Source: a virus
Lineage: Duplodnaviria; Heunggongvirae; Uroviricota; Caudoviricetes
Reading direction: 5' to 3' (one strand)
Length of the DNA stretch: 64,000 bases
Virus record (IMG/VR): IMGVR_UViG_3300029906_000003
Coordinates: 64,001-128,000 of that record
A program made the position numbers and the translations under genes. Below, in pieces: positions 52,055 to 63,010 of this stretch (within the stretch, counting starts at the first letter, position 1; each line of letters opens with the position of its first letter). The notes under the pieces were generated by a model. The model was not told where the DNA came from. It was given only the letters and a program-made list of their open reading frames with translations, and made no database searches.

Positions 52055-53089
52055 TTAGTCAGTAGTTCTCTTCAAAGAGGTGTTCTTATAAACGCAAATA
52101 TTGTTCGTCATAATTGCGCCAACGCCAACCTTCTTATAAATTTGAATTTCTCTTGACCAATCCTCATTTTCTACTTCGCGCATATGAGTCTGACCTTCAA
52201 AAGCAATCTTGACAGGCTTTTCAGAGCCAACAGGAATGATGAAAGCATAAGATGGGTCTAAAACCTTTACACTATTAGTTTCATCTTCGTAAGACTGATT
52301 CAAGATAATTACGTTGTGACCTTTGTAATTAGCTAGATGCCCATTGTTCCACATCTGGTCACGCATATTATCAGAAACCCAGCCTTCAGCAGGCACCATT
52401 GTAGCAGCGAACTCGTAAGTACAATAGATTGCGCTATGTCCGTAAGAATCAGCAATAGAAATCAATCTATCCATTTCAGCTTCATCAAAGCTAGTCTGAC
52501 TTGACACATTCTTAGCAGGCAAGTCATTTACGCCAGCAATCAGGGCCCGCTCAATTTCAAGATAAATAGCCTCGTCCAAGCCTTCCATAACGATGTCCAA
52601 CACATCAGACATCTGGATGCGGCCATCCAAGAACTCTTCAAATCCAATTTGAGCAGCTCCGCCGAACGCGCTAGTCTCAACTGTATAGCTCCGACCATCC
52701 AGCTTAAAGACTTCATACCGACCAGCCAGACCTACTTTAGTAATGAACTGCTTAGCGCGTCTCTTGGCCGCAGTAGTAATTCTTTGAGTAAATACAGGTT
52801 TTACACCTTGAGGATAAGTCTTAATTTCAGCAAACTGTTGATATTGCTGATTAACCTTCTCTGGCAGAACGTCATCAAAGACTTCTTCCATGATTGAGAA
52901 TACCAAATTTTTATTATCTCTCCAAGCAGCAGGACTTGAAGTCAATTCTCTTAGTTCTTTGCGGAAAGCGTCATTCAAATCTGATGCGCTATATTTCTTA
53001 TCATTGTAAGAATAAGCAGTAGGATTAGAAGGATTAGCATTAATAGCCAGCTTACCCAAAATAACTAAATCTTTTTTATTCATAGCCAT
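52055..53089 (-). CDS. Major capsid protein
   Basis: 344 aa, downstream of protease/scaffold, followed by a terminator, TAG-free. Assigned from size and synteny. Confidence 0.8.
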   Translation of the reverse strand: MAMNKKDLVILGKLAINANPSNPTAYSYNDKKYSASDLNDAFRKELRELTSSPAAWRDNKNLVFSIMEEVFDDVLPEKVNQQYQQFAEIKTYPQGVKPVFTQRITTAAKRRAKQFITKVGLAGRYEVFKLDGRSYTVETSAFGGAAQIGFEEFLDGRIQMSDVLDIVMEGLDEAIYLEIERALIAGVNDLPAKNVSSQTSFDEAEMDRLISIADSYGHSAIYCTYEFAATMVPAEGWVSDNMRDQMWNNGHLANYKGHNVIILNQSYEDETNSVKVLDPSYAFIIPVGSEKPVKIAFEGQTHMREVENEDWSREIQIYKKVGVGAIMTNNICVYKNTSLKRTTD

Positions 53090-53115
53090 ATAATTCTATT
53101 CTCTCCTTTCCTAAA

Positions 53116-53703
53116 TTATTTAATCCGCATTAGTTTTAGACCAACTTGCATATCAGGCATGGTGTAAACCTTAACAACCTGCCATTGCATATTAGCATCA
53201 TCTGTGGTAGTACCACTATCTGACTTGGTTAAATAGCCAGTAGTCTTATTAGGAGCCAAAACATCGCCAACTACATAATCAGTAGTAACCATTTCAACTT
53301 GAGCAGTTCCACTTGTATTAGCAACATTCAAGCAGTTAGTAGTAAAAATATCACCAACATTAGTCTTCAATAGACGAGGATACATCTGGCCTTTAAAGGG
53401 GCCTAGACCATCATGAGAGATAGAATCACTACCAGGAGTATAATTCTCCTTAATCATAGCGAAATCCTTATAACTCTCTCTCCATCTATCATCATACAGT
53501 TTGACTTCATTATAAACGAGCATCCATTCGCCTTCGCCCGCGAAGTCAACAACACCATCTGCATAATTATATTTAGCAAACTGGCCATTCTCTAAAATAT
53601 TAATACTGTCTGCGGCAGGTAGTTGAGCATAAATCTGGCCCGTCCGCAAAGCAGACAGATGATTAGGTTCAACCTGACCGAAACCAATTCGATTCATTGC
53701 CAT
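53116..53703 (-). CDS. Putative head decoration/minor capsid protein
   Basis: GFGQVEPNHLS..TGQIYAQLP; directly upstream of the capsid gene; TAG-free. Confidence 0.6.
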   Translation of the reverse strand: MAMNRIGFGQVEPNHLSALRTGQIYAQLPAADSINILENGQFAKYNYADGVVDFAGEGEWMLVYNEVKLYDDRWRESYKDFAMIKENYTPGSDSISHDGLGPFKGQMYPRLLKTNVGDIFTTNCLNVANTSGTAQVEMVTTDYVVGDVLAPNKTTGYLTKSDSGTTTDDANMQWQVVKVYTMPDMQVGLKLMRIK

Positions 53704-53722
53704 TGACTCTTTTCCTCCTTAT

Positions 53723-54994
53723 TTATATTTTGTTACTATTGTTATGAGCATCATCAATAGCCTTCAACCAAGCAGGAACGCTTTCTTCTGCTTGTCCGTT
53801 TAAATTATAAACGACAGGCTCTTTTCTAGTATCATTATCTTCTTGCGCGAAACTAACCTTATTTCTCACGCAGATAACCGACAATTTAGACTCAATCTCA
53901 TCATAAGTATATTTAGTCTTATTGTCAATTACGTCTTTCTTATCTTCGTCTGAAAGCATATAGAAACTATTAATTAGTTCATCTTTTTTCTCGTTTTCGA
54001 CTTGACTCTTAAAAGACAATAGGTCAGCATTCTGTGCTTTTAAAGTAGCATTTTCTTCTTCAAGTGCATTATATTTGCTTAGAAGTAGTTGGTACTCTTC
54101 CGATTCTGTAACAGGAACTTCTTGATTCTCATTACCATTATTTTCTACTCCTTCTTCATTATTTTCTTGAGTAGATTCGTTAGGATTGTCCAAATTTTCT
54201 ACTTCTGGCGCGGCGACCGTCTCTGTATTTTCGAGACTAACTTCTTCTTGCACAGGTTGAGTCTCCACGGTTTCAGTAGCGGCGCCCGCATTTAATTCAG
54301 ATTCCATGCCCTTTTCGCTCCCTTCCTTAATCTTTTTCATATCTTCAATCATTGAGAATAGAGTCATTCTAAAGTTATTGTCCATTAAATTATAATCCTT
54401 GGCCGCGCTAATACTTGCTCCTTCAAAACAAGGCTCAACGTCATCGCCTAAAATACACAGCTTAGAAAAAGTTGCATCATTAATAATAAATAGTTCGTAA
54501 TTATTATTGATGGCTTTTGTCCATTCACCTTCAAGATTCTCTATCTCCATAGATTGTCCTTTATCTTCTTTAAGAATACTCGCACACTCTTTAAACTAAG
54601 TTGTCCAAAGATAGCCTTGTGTCATTAAATATTCTCTTTCAACTTGCTCATTATCAACAAAAGTCTAAAACCAAACCTTCGCATCGGTTGCCACAAATCC
54701 GTAAGGAGTAGTTAATTTATTGAATTTAACGCCTTCTCCATCAATAATTATCTAATCTCCATGGTCGCTAAAATCTTCTTTAGACTCAATATAGTATCCC
54801 ACGATAGGAGTCCCGCGTAAAGACTTAGCCATTTCAGTAGCGACTTCTTTTGATATATAACTTCTATTGCGATTTTCACCAATATATAAAACTTTAATAT
54901 CACAATTAGTAATACCTGGATTAATATCATTCTAAGTTAAATTAATAAATTCAGGTTGCTTAATTGTTGAAACTGATTGATGCATTAATGCCAT
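53723..54994 (-). CDS. Prohead protease/scaffold fusion
   Basis: GENRNRS, PIVGYY, YLMT.GYLW, GQSME, LCILG...PCFEGA, then an acidic coiled coil; joined across TAG. Confidence 0.75.
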
Positions 54995-55011
54995 TTTTCT
55001 TATTCACCTCT

Positions 55012-56571
55012 TTAACTCTAAGACTCTTGATTCTAGATAGTTTTTTCAGCTTTCTCGTCGTCCTCTTTCTCTGGACGGCCAGCCTACTTATCTTCATCAG
55101 TTACCTATTTTAAACTATCTGCGTTCATGGTATTTGAAGTCATTGGAGGTACGAATACTGCAACCAAATTCAGAATATCATTCTCAAAATAAGCATTTGA
55201 TAAGATAGAACTCTAAGATTGTCCAAGAGCTAATTGAGGAAGAATCTTCGAATAACCCATTTGAGTCTATTCTTTATATAACTTAGATAAATCTTTATAA
55301 TTATAAATGGTTGTTCCAAGAAGCTAAACTCTATAATAAATTTTCTTAGGATTAGTATTAAAAGGCTTCACTAAAGTATTTAAAAATACTTCAAACTATT
55401 GAATTAAGTTATACATTGCCGCTTCGTCATTCAAAATAGACTTCTCTAAAGCAATATTACCATCTGTGTTGAATTGCATCTAAGAAACGCCAGCTTCATT
55501 GTACACAGACCGTTCAACTTTCTCCAAATCATCTTTTGAAGTAGTTGTCACATTATCAGCTAAGTCCTCAACTGATATATCAGCAAATGTTGTCAATACA
55601 TCCAAACCAATAGTAGAAGATAACATTTGTTTAGCATTTCTATGAAGCTGCGCGGCCTCATCAACATCAAATATCAAGTCGCCGTTTTTATCAATAGGCA
55701 TCTTCTAAATGATTAACTTTAATAACTGCTATTTCATCTTTTGTTTATCTAAACCCTGCGCTTCATCCAAATCTATAATGGCGGGAATGACAGAAACAAA
55801 AGCAGGAAAATCTTCACCATTAATATTAAACTTTATTGCGGAACCAGGTTCTAATAAATACCATCCAGATACATCGCCCGCAAATTCAGGCGGCAGGCGG
55901 CCTTCCTTATACATAATATATGCTTTCTTAAATTCCTTGGGGAAAGCCTCTAACATTTTCATCTTTTGGGTTGTATCTCTGAACATTTCATCAAAGAAAC
56001 GAAGATTAAACTCAATTAATGGAGTGCCATCTGCCGCAGTAAATCTACTTCTACAATAACGCGGCGGCAGCTCCTGTACGACGACACTCGTGTCTGTATG
56101 TATGATGTAGCCGTAGTAACAACCTTTTCGTATAACTTTCAACGCGGTCTCGCCTAAAAATTTCTTTACTCCAAAGTCGTCTAATAACTTTAGTACTTTG
56201 TTAAAGTCTTTTAGTACTCTCTCGTTTCTTACGGAATCAGAATTTATATAAGGAGTGACCATCCAATCATATCTATACATATAAGCCATATACCTACATA
56301 GACGATTATAGATACCACTAGTCCTATAATAAAAATCTGATATTTCCCGCATCAATCCATAGTTATTATCTTTTATAGCTTGCAGAATAACATCTTTATT
56401 ACCAAATCTATCGTCAGCTCGTCTAAAAGTGCTAATATTATAAGTTATATCATCTATTGATTTAGAAGCAATTTTTATTTTGGCAAAATCGACAGGAATA
56501 TATTCTTTATTATTTTCTCCAACTAAGTCGAAACCTTTTTTCTTTATTTCTTCTAGCCTGTTCTTTATAAT
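55012..56571 (-). CDS. Portal protein (probable ATT start)
   Basis: Lies between terminase and protease; fragments 55729-56355 and 55480-55701 share a frame; C-terminal GRP; AAAGGAGG RBS 6 nt before ATT 56571. Confidence 0.75.
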
Positions 56572-56596
56572 AAAGTACCTCCTTTCGTAAAAATTT

Positions 56597-56953
56597 TTAA
56601 TAGCCCGCAGCCTTCATGATATAGTCATAGCTAATCTTGTTATAATCAGTATAAGGAATTAAAACTAATTTAATCCCATGTTTTTTGCAATATATGCGCT
56701 TTTGCATATCGTAATATTGCTATTGCCGCAAGCCCGCATATCCACCAAATTTATCTTTTGGTTCATAATGTTGAATACCTTGAAATTCAATCAAGAAATC
56801 AATATTCCCAGATTCATCAAAAACAGCGAAGTCAAATCTTAAAGGATTGCCTCTCGTTGAAGTTAAATCTGGAAAGCTATATTCTTCCTAGAAATCTAAT
56901 CCTTCTGCGTTCAGAATATCGTATATTTTAATTTCTCCCCTGGATGCTCTCAT
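56597..56953 (-). CDS. PD-(D/E)XK/Vsr-like endonuclease
   Basis: SRGEIKI, LRFDFAV, LIEFQGIQHY, IKLVLIPY; contains TAGs; absent from the track. Confidence 0.7.
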
Positions 56954-57039
56954 CAAGGTATCCTCCTCTCTGTATCTTATTCAATATTAAAAATATAACC
57001 TTATCTACTTTTGTCCACTAACATTTATATATTAACATA

Positions 57040-58443
57040 TTAATTGAAAAAAATCAAGCCATTAATATCGAAACCTTTTTTCTTTTTCTTCTTTTCATCT
57101 TCTAGCTTAATATAATATAGACCATAAATGAAAGCTGAAAATTTATCTTTAGGAATTGTTCTTGAGGCTTGTTTTAAAATAATATTAATTCCTTCATTAG
57201 ATTCTACTAAGTTAAGAATCTATTCTCTCAAAATCGTAGTTTGAACAAAAGGACGCAAATATTCATTTCTTCTTTCCAAAGTCATATCTTGTCCTTCTTT
57301 TGTTTCAAGTAATTTGACTTTTGCAGTAGCTTCATCTACTAAGAACTTTATTCTGCCGCCCGCCATCTGAATTTGCGCATTAGAATAAGCCTCTGTATTA
57401 AATGGCATATTAGCTTTGATTAAATACATAGCATCTTGCACCATATCTCTTGTCTTATATTTTTTATATAAGCCATCATCATCATTAATGATACCAAAAG
57501 GCGGCAATGTGTCACCTGTTTCAGGGTCTACTTGAGACTTTACCATGAAGTCAACTAGCCCCACACCGAGGCCATTCGCATCAATCGCCATAGCTTGAGC
57601 CTAAAATCGCAAAAATATGCGTTTCAAGTGTATAGCTTGTTCTTCAAAATGCTCTGCCTCAAAAGTAAAGATATTAACTAGTGATTTACTACTTGCAACT
57701 CCTTGCGTTCCAATATTCACTCTAAACACGCAACATTCCGTGGTACATCCAATGCGGCCCACGTCTACGCCTAGCACATAATAAGTATCACGCATCCTTG
57801 AACGAGGGACGCAATACTCATACTCCGGTGTTTTCAAAACACGGCTTCGGTCAAACTTTTCCCCAGAGTAGAACGCATTTTCCGCGTCTCCAGTCCATCT
57901 ACTTCTATACTCTCGATTGAACGATTCTTCACTGAAAGTATCCTGTAATTTAAGTGAGTCCAAATACTCTGCACTTTGCAATCCCTCAGCAACTGGGATT
58001 CGATACGTCCCGCCCAATATCATGGCTGAGTCTGGGTCCAAAATGGACTAAATCAATAGCTCAATCAACTTGGCATAAGCGAACTGATTGCGATACCCTG
58101 CAGTCGTGATGAATACCTAACTCTTATTAACGCACTCCGATCGCTCCATAGACCCGTCCGCCAGCCGCCTATCAATGACAGTTGTAGGAATAATTATTTC
58201 ATTAAGGGCGGTCTGGTCTACTAAGATACATTCTTCTACTGCGCCGCCTGTCCGTCTCTGGCCTCTGCTCTTCTCAGTTGCGCTTAATACGTCAATGGAT
58301 GAACCGTTCTTAAATAGATATTTAACATCTTTAGTAGAAGTCTTAGATTCGCCGCGCTCGCGTCTCAATTCATTATTTAGGGCGGGAATCAATGTACAAA
58401 TCTGTTCAATCTTTGATATGGTGATACTAGCTGCTTGTTCTTT
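57040..58443 (-). CDS. Terminase large subunit, exon 2
   Basis: KEQAA, RGQRR..VEE (Walker B), ITTAG, LGVDVGR, IDANGLG, KDKFSA nuclease motifs; three fragments share a frame. Confidence 0.88.
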
Positions 58444-59391
58444 CAGTATTGTTATCCTAAAGGCTTTTTATCCTTTAGTTCTATTGCTTTCTATTCGCAA
58501 TAGCTCAGCATAACTTTTCATCTTCTTTTCAAAAGTAAGATGTCCCGGCCTCGTGGAGAGATTATATTTATTCACTCTCTATGCGTTGCCCCTGACCAAT
58601 TTTTAGCCTTCGGTTCTGATTAGCATTTCAGCTTTCCAGCTTAATTCCGGGATTAAACTTACTAAATTTCTTTAGCAATCGGCAAACTTTTGAATTTTAT
58701 GATATTTACTTCCATTATTTATAAAATCTAAATAATGGTTATATTTTCTATCCAGATAGATAGAACAATCTTTGTATATAAAATTAAGAAAATTAGATAC
58801 GTCATTTAATGAATAAAAACTATAACTTTTTGCTCCATCAGAACGATGAACATTTTTTATAGTTAAGGTTTTCTATTTTATAGTATCAGGTAAATGATTT
58901 AATGACTCTATAATAAAGTCTTCTGTCCCAATGTATCCTGCTTCAAAACACTTCTCTGTATTCGTAAAATGACCATCTCCATCAAAATATCCTCTAATGA
59001 AATGTCGAATTAAGTGTTCTGGAACTTGATTAGAAGTGGGGAATTTCAATAGCAAAGATTTTCTAGGAATGCATCCTAAAGCAATTAAATCATCTTTCAT
59101 ACTTTGACTTCTAAAAGAATATCTATAAGATTTTGTCTTTTCCCTATAAGATATTTTATTATCTAACCCTATAAAATTTTTGAATTTCTATAAATGGTTA
59201 AAGTCTTTTTCTGCTAGACCAAGCTCTATTTTAGCCTCCTTTGAGCCTACACACCCATCAGCATAAAGAAAACCTAACCAGTATGCTTTTTCTTCAGTAT
59301 CTATTTTCTTAAATTGATTAAGGACGTTTTTATTGCTCACTTTAAGCTCCTCCTTTGATTTTTAATAATAAATATCAATTAAAATAAATTC
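58444..59391 (-). mobile_element. Group I intron in terL with a LAGLIDADG ORF
   Basis: Splicing joins TTGG to KEQAA; exon ends in T, intron ends in G 58444; core AAGCTGGAAAGC..GCTAATCAG, P7 GCATA/TATGC. Confidence 0.85.
58672..59340 (-). CDS. Intron-encoded LAGLIDADG homing endonuclease
   Basis: GGAGG RBS, GTG start; AYWLGFLYADG and FIRGYFDGDG motifs; in-frame TAGs. Confidence 0.85.
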
Positions 59392-59742
59392 ACCGCCCGT
59401 GGTCACAAACATCTCTGCGCCCGGGTACAAGATACAACGCAACATCAATATCATCATAGTGAGAAAAGATTTAGACGAACCGCGCGGCAAAACTACATAA
59501 GTATACCTATGCCGCATCATAATTCTTAAAATAACTCTCTAATAAGTATAAAACTTAAATTCACTGTCAGGCCCTTTTATATCATCAATAAAATAATCTG
59601 GATATTCTCTATAGAAAGCAATTAAAGCGCGTATATTGTCTAATTGAGCTAATATCCTTTCTTCGGTAATTTCATTTCCCGCATATTTATTCTCATCTGA
59701 TATGCTTAAAAGAGACTACAGGTCAAGTCTTTCTTCTATCAT
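59392..59742 (-). CDS. Terminase large subunit, exon 1
   Basis: FYREYPDLF, FYTY[TAG]RVILR (Q of the adenine-binding motif), PRGSSKS Walker A. Confidence 0.85.
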
Positions 59743-61009
59743 CAATTTCATCTCCTTGCATTTGCATATCTTCTGCTCTTGATTGCTCAATCATCTCCAT
59801 GTACTCTAGCTTACTTTCTACAGACTGCGCACTAATTTCATCCAAGTTAATCCCTTGCTTGGCCGCCTTCTCTGCTACGGCATTTTCTTCGTCTAGCTGC
59901 TTGCGCCGCTTAATATAGTTTTCAATTTGACGTGCAATAGATGGGTCTTCATAGATGAGTGCTCTGTTATACCCCTTTAAATCCTTAATAACAGTATCCA
60001 GTATATCATAATCAATAGACAAGTCATGTCTGGGAATAGCGCCGCCCATCTTCTCGCAATATTTAACTAAGTTACCTACAGAATCTATAAAATTAACTTT
60101 AGCTTCCTTTTTCCGCTATGCCGCAGTAAAGTTTCCTGATTTACGAATTGAATCATAAACCTTAGAAAGTTTCTAGTAAGAATCAATGTCGCCGCAATCA
60201 ATAGCCTAGTTCATTTTAAGGTATGTCTTACAGCACAAAATAAGGCTTCCTTCAGTATCACTATCTACTATATCTAAATCTTCTTTCATTCCCTTATATT
60301 TGCGCTCAAGCTCTATCTGCTCACTAACTTTATAAGCATTGCCCCATTTCATAGCTAAATACACGCGGTCTTTCTAGGTAAGGCCCGCGGCCAGGTCTGG
60401 TAATTGAGACGAATCAAGATAATCTTCCTCTTTGAACATATTATTCTTGCCGATTACTTCTTCTATGGATGGCAAGTCCGGGCCTTTTTCTTCGCGCTCT
60501 TTTTTGATAGATTCCGTCTACATATAAGTTAGGTATTCAGCCTCTGGAATCTTACCTTCGTCACGGTCCTTCCGCAGCATGGCTTCCCGCGCTTCTATAT
60601 ATTCTTGTCTCTTCTGCTCAGCCGTTTCCGCCTTAGCTTCAAGCTCGCCCGCAAGGGATTCCGTATCTGCCCACCGGTATTTTCGCCATTGCCCCAGCTT
60701 CATAGTTGAAAGGTACTTGCCAAATACGACGCCAGAATCAAACTTGTCAGGGTCTTTTTCGTACTACTTATCTCTTAAGTTATTCCATTGCACTGGAATA
60801 TATGGAACATCACATTTTTCAAGAGCCCAAAGAAAAGTCTCTGGATTATAAGCGTCCATGTGCATTGTAAAGCATGATTTACATAAATCTAATATGTCGC
60901 CATGCTTAGTCCTATAGAATTTATTTATTTTTAAGGTTTTGCCGCATTTTAGACATCTCTTTGTGTCTTCTACCAAAATCAAACCATCATTTCTATCTGC
61001 CATTATCAT
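59723..61009 (-). CDS. Zn-finger hypothetical protein upstream of terL (possible small terminase)
   Basis: CLKC..CKSC; three fragments share a frame. The TerS role is positional inference. Confidence 0.65.
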
Positions 61010-62102
61010 CTCTTGCCCCCTTCCTCTCTATATTAATTTTTTTTCTACATTCTTTGCAAATACTATAAAAACCATCTCTGCTTGAGGAATTTCTTGAAAA
61101 AAACTTAGGATTGATTAACTTCTTTTGTCCACAGCGCGTACATACTTTCCAATTCTCTGGCCGCTTGTCCTTATATGTGTAATACCAAATTAGATATTCC
61201 TTTTGATATTCTTCCGCAAGAATTTTTGGGATTTTGTTTCGCCATAAATCTGAAATATGTTCAAAGGAAAAATAAATATTATATTCTTTATGGATTTTTT
61301 TCTGGATTTCCGCGTTAGTCAGTCCTTCCACCTTATATACTAATATACTAGTTAATAGGGGATTTCCGCGCAAGCTCTTCTTTATTAAATTATCAATCTC
61401 AAACAATAGCTAAAGAGAATCCTCGCCGCCCTCTATCTTTAGTTTTTCATAAAATTGTAAAATATAAGAAATATGTAAAGGGTTAAACAAGGAGATAGCA
61501 TTTTTGTCAGTGTTTTTTACTTCGCCTGTTTTCTTATCTATAATTATATTTTCGTCATCAAAATCAAGATTAATGTGTTTATATTCTTTACTCATGTCAA
61601 CAAAAGAAGAAACAACTCCTATGCCTTTTTGCCTAAACTCATTTCTTAACACATACTAATCTTGCCGCATTTGAATTAACTATTTATTTAAAAGGAAACG
61701 CGCGCGGCCAGATGCTTTTTCTATTCTTTTTTCAAGCTACTTTATCTCTTGTCTTAATTCTCTTAAATTAGGAACTTCCTCAATGTCTTTTTCAGATATT
61801 TTATCTCTGTTAGGAATATTGGACAAAGCAGATTTACCAAGAGAAGACATCATGTTATAGATACCATCTTCGCCACTCTCTAATTTACTTGCAAGACCTT
61901 CATATGAAGTTTCGCGGCGGCCAATGGTTATTTCTCTATTGGGGGAAAGTATTTTGCTATTATCCATTTCTTTTGTAAAAATTAGATAATCTGCCATCTG
62001 CTCTAATTCTTGCTAAGACCATTTATCTTTTGTTTGCAATATCTATTTATCTAAGTATTCTTTTCTTTCTTCAACAGTTTTTAATGAATAATCTAGCTTC
62101 AT
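60993..62102 (-). CDS. Hypothetical protein with a C-terminal Zn finger (possible regulator)
   Basis: AAGGAGG RBS; MKLDYSL...RETSYEGL...CTRCG..CKEC; three fragments share a frame. Confidence 0.75.
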
Positions 62103-62132
62103 TAAATTATATCACCTCCTTTTTATACTTCT

Positions 62133-62161
62133 AGTATATCAAAAAAAAACACTAATATCAA
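62133..62161 (-). promoter_or_regulatory. Sigma-70/sigma-A promoter for the leftward operon
   Basis: TTGATA-N17-TATACT. Confidence 0.6.
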
Positions 62162-62274
62162 GCGCGGCCAGCCGTTATACGAGTCTTAACCTAACAGGGG
62201 CAAAGGGTAGATAAGTAATCGTTTTAAGTCGTTTTTGGGAATTGATGTGAGGTGTTGGTATTGGAATTGAAAAG

Positions 62275-62408
62275 GGAAAAGAATTTAAGAATAGGAATTA
62301 AAAGTTATTTTCCGTTTTTCAGAATTAAAAAGTGATTTCCTATGGAAAAAGAATTTAAGAATAACTTTATTCGTTTTTTAGAATTGGAAAGTGATTTCCT
62401 ATGGAAAA
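62275..62408. repeat. Imperfect tandem duplication
   Basis: AAAAGAATTTAAGAATA twice and CGTTTTT.AGAATT..AAAGTGATTTCCTATGGAAAA twice. Confidence 0.8.
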
Positions 62409-62493
62409 TGTGGTGTACATATCCCTTTCTTCAAAAAAATAAATTTTTTTCCCAGAATACTCCCCCGGTATGTCACGTAGACAGTAAAGACTG

Positions 62494-62526
62494 GCGGCGC
62501 GCTGACTGACAAAGCGCGCCGCTTTC
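62494..62526 (+). terminator. GC-rich hairpin
   Basis: GCGGCGCGCT / AGCGCGCCGC followed by TTT. Confidence 0.45.
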
Positions 62527-62535
62527 TGCGTGTCT

Positions 62536-62855
62536 GTTAGCTGTCACTAACTTACTTCACGACACTAAACTAATGAACTTCATCACTTCATTCCTGTAAA
62601 GTACTAAAGCTAGAGTTAGTTATAACTAACTAACTTCATTACATTAAAGTATTAAACACTATCACTTCACTGGACTAAAGGGGTGGTTAGTTATGACTAA
62701 CTAACTTCAGCGCTTTACTGCGTTGAACTACATTACTTTACTCAATTAAACTTTATTGCATTAAAGCAATAGCTAAATGGATTGGGAAAGCTTCGGTTAG
62801 TTATGACTAACTAACTTCACCAAACTAAAGCAATGAACACTACTATACTAAAGTG
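62536..62855. repeat. Array of GTTAG-N6-CTAAC palindromes with degenerate TTCA..TAAAG subrepeats
   Basis: Copies at 62536, 62615, 62686 and 62796; further copies at 63674 and 63716. Confidence 0.85.
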
Positions 62856-62927
62856 ATGCCTCATCAAAGTGCGGGGTTTCATCGACAGACGCACTAAAAA
62901 TTTCTTTTAAGAATTTTCAAAAAAGCC

Positions 62928-62956
62928 TTGACAAGAAAGGGCTGTAGTGGTATAAT
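62928..62956 (+). promoter_or_regulatory. Consensus sigma-70/sigma-A promoter with extended -10
   Basis: TTGACA-N17-TATAAT, TG at the extended position, AT-rich upstream element. Confidence 0.9.
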
Positions 62957-63010
62957 ATAATCACAGAGAGGGAGACAAGAGAATCCCAAGAAAAGAAAGA
63001 GGTAACAAAA

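Noticed and set aside
13418..62102. Mass pseudogenisation of structural genes
   Set aside because: Breaks are in-frame TAG with no frameshifts seen and motifs are intact; recoding explains them.
62536..62815. CRISPR array
   Set aside because: Spacing is irregular (79/71/110), the intervals are built from degenerate repeats rather than unique spacers, and no cas gene is in the window.
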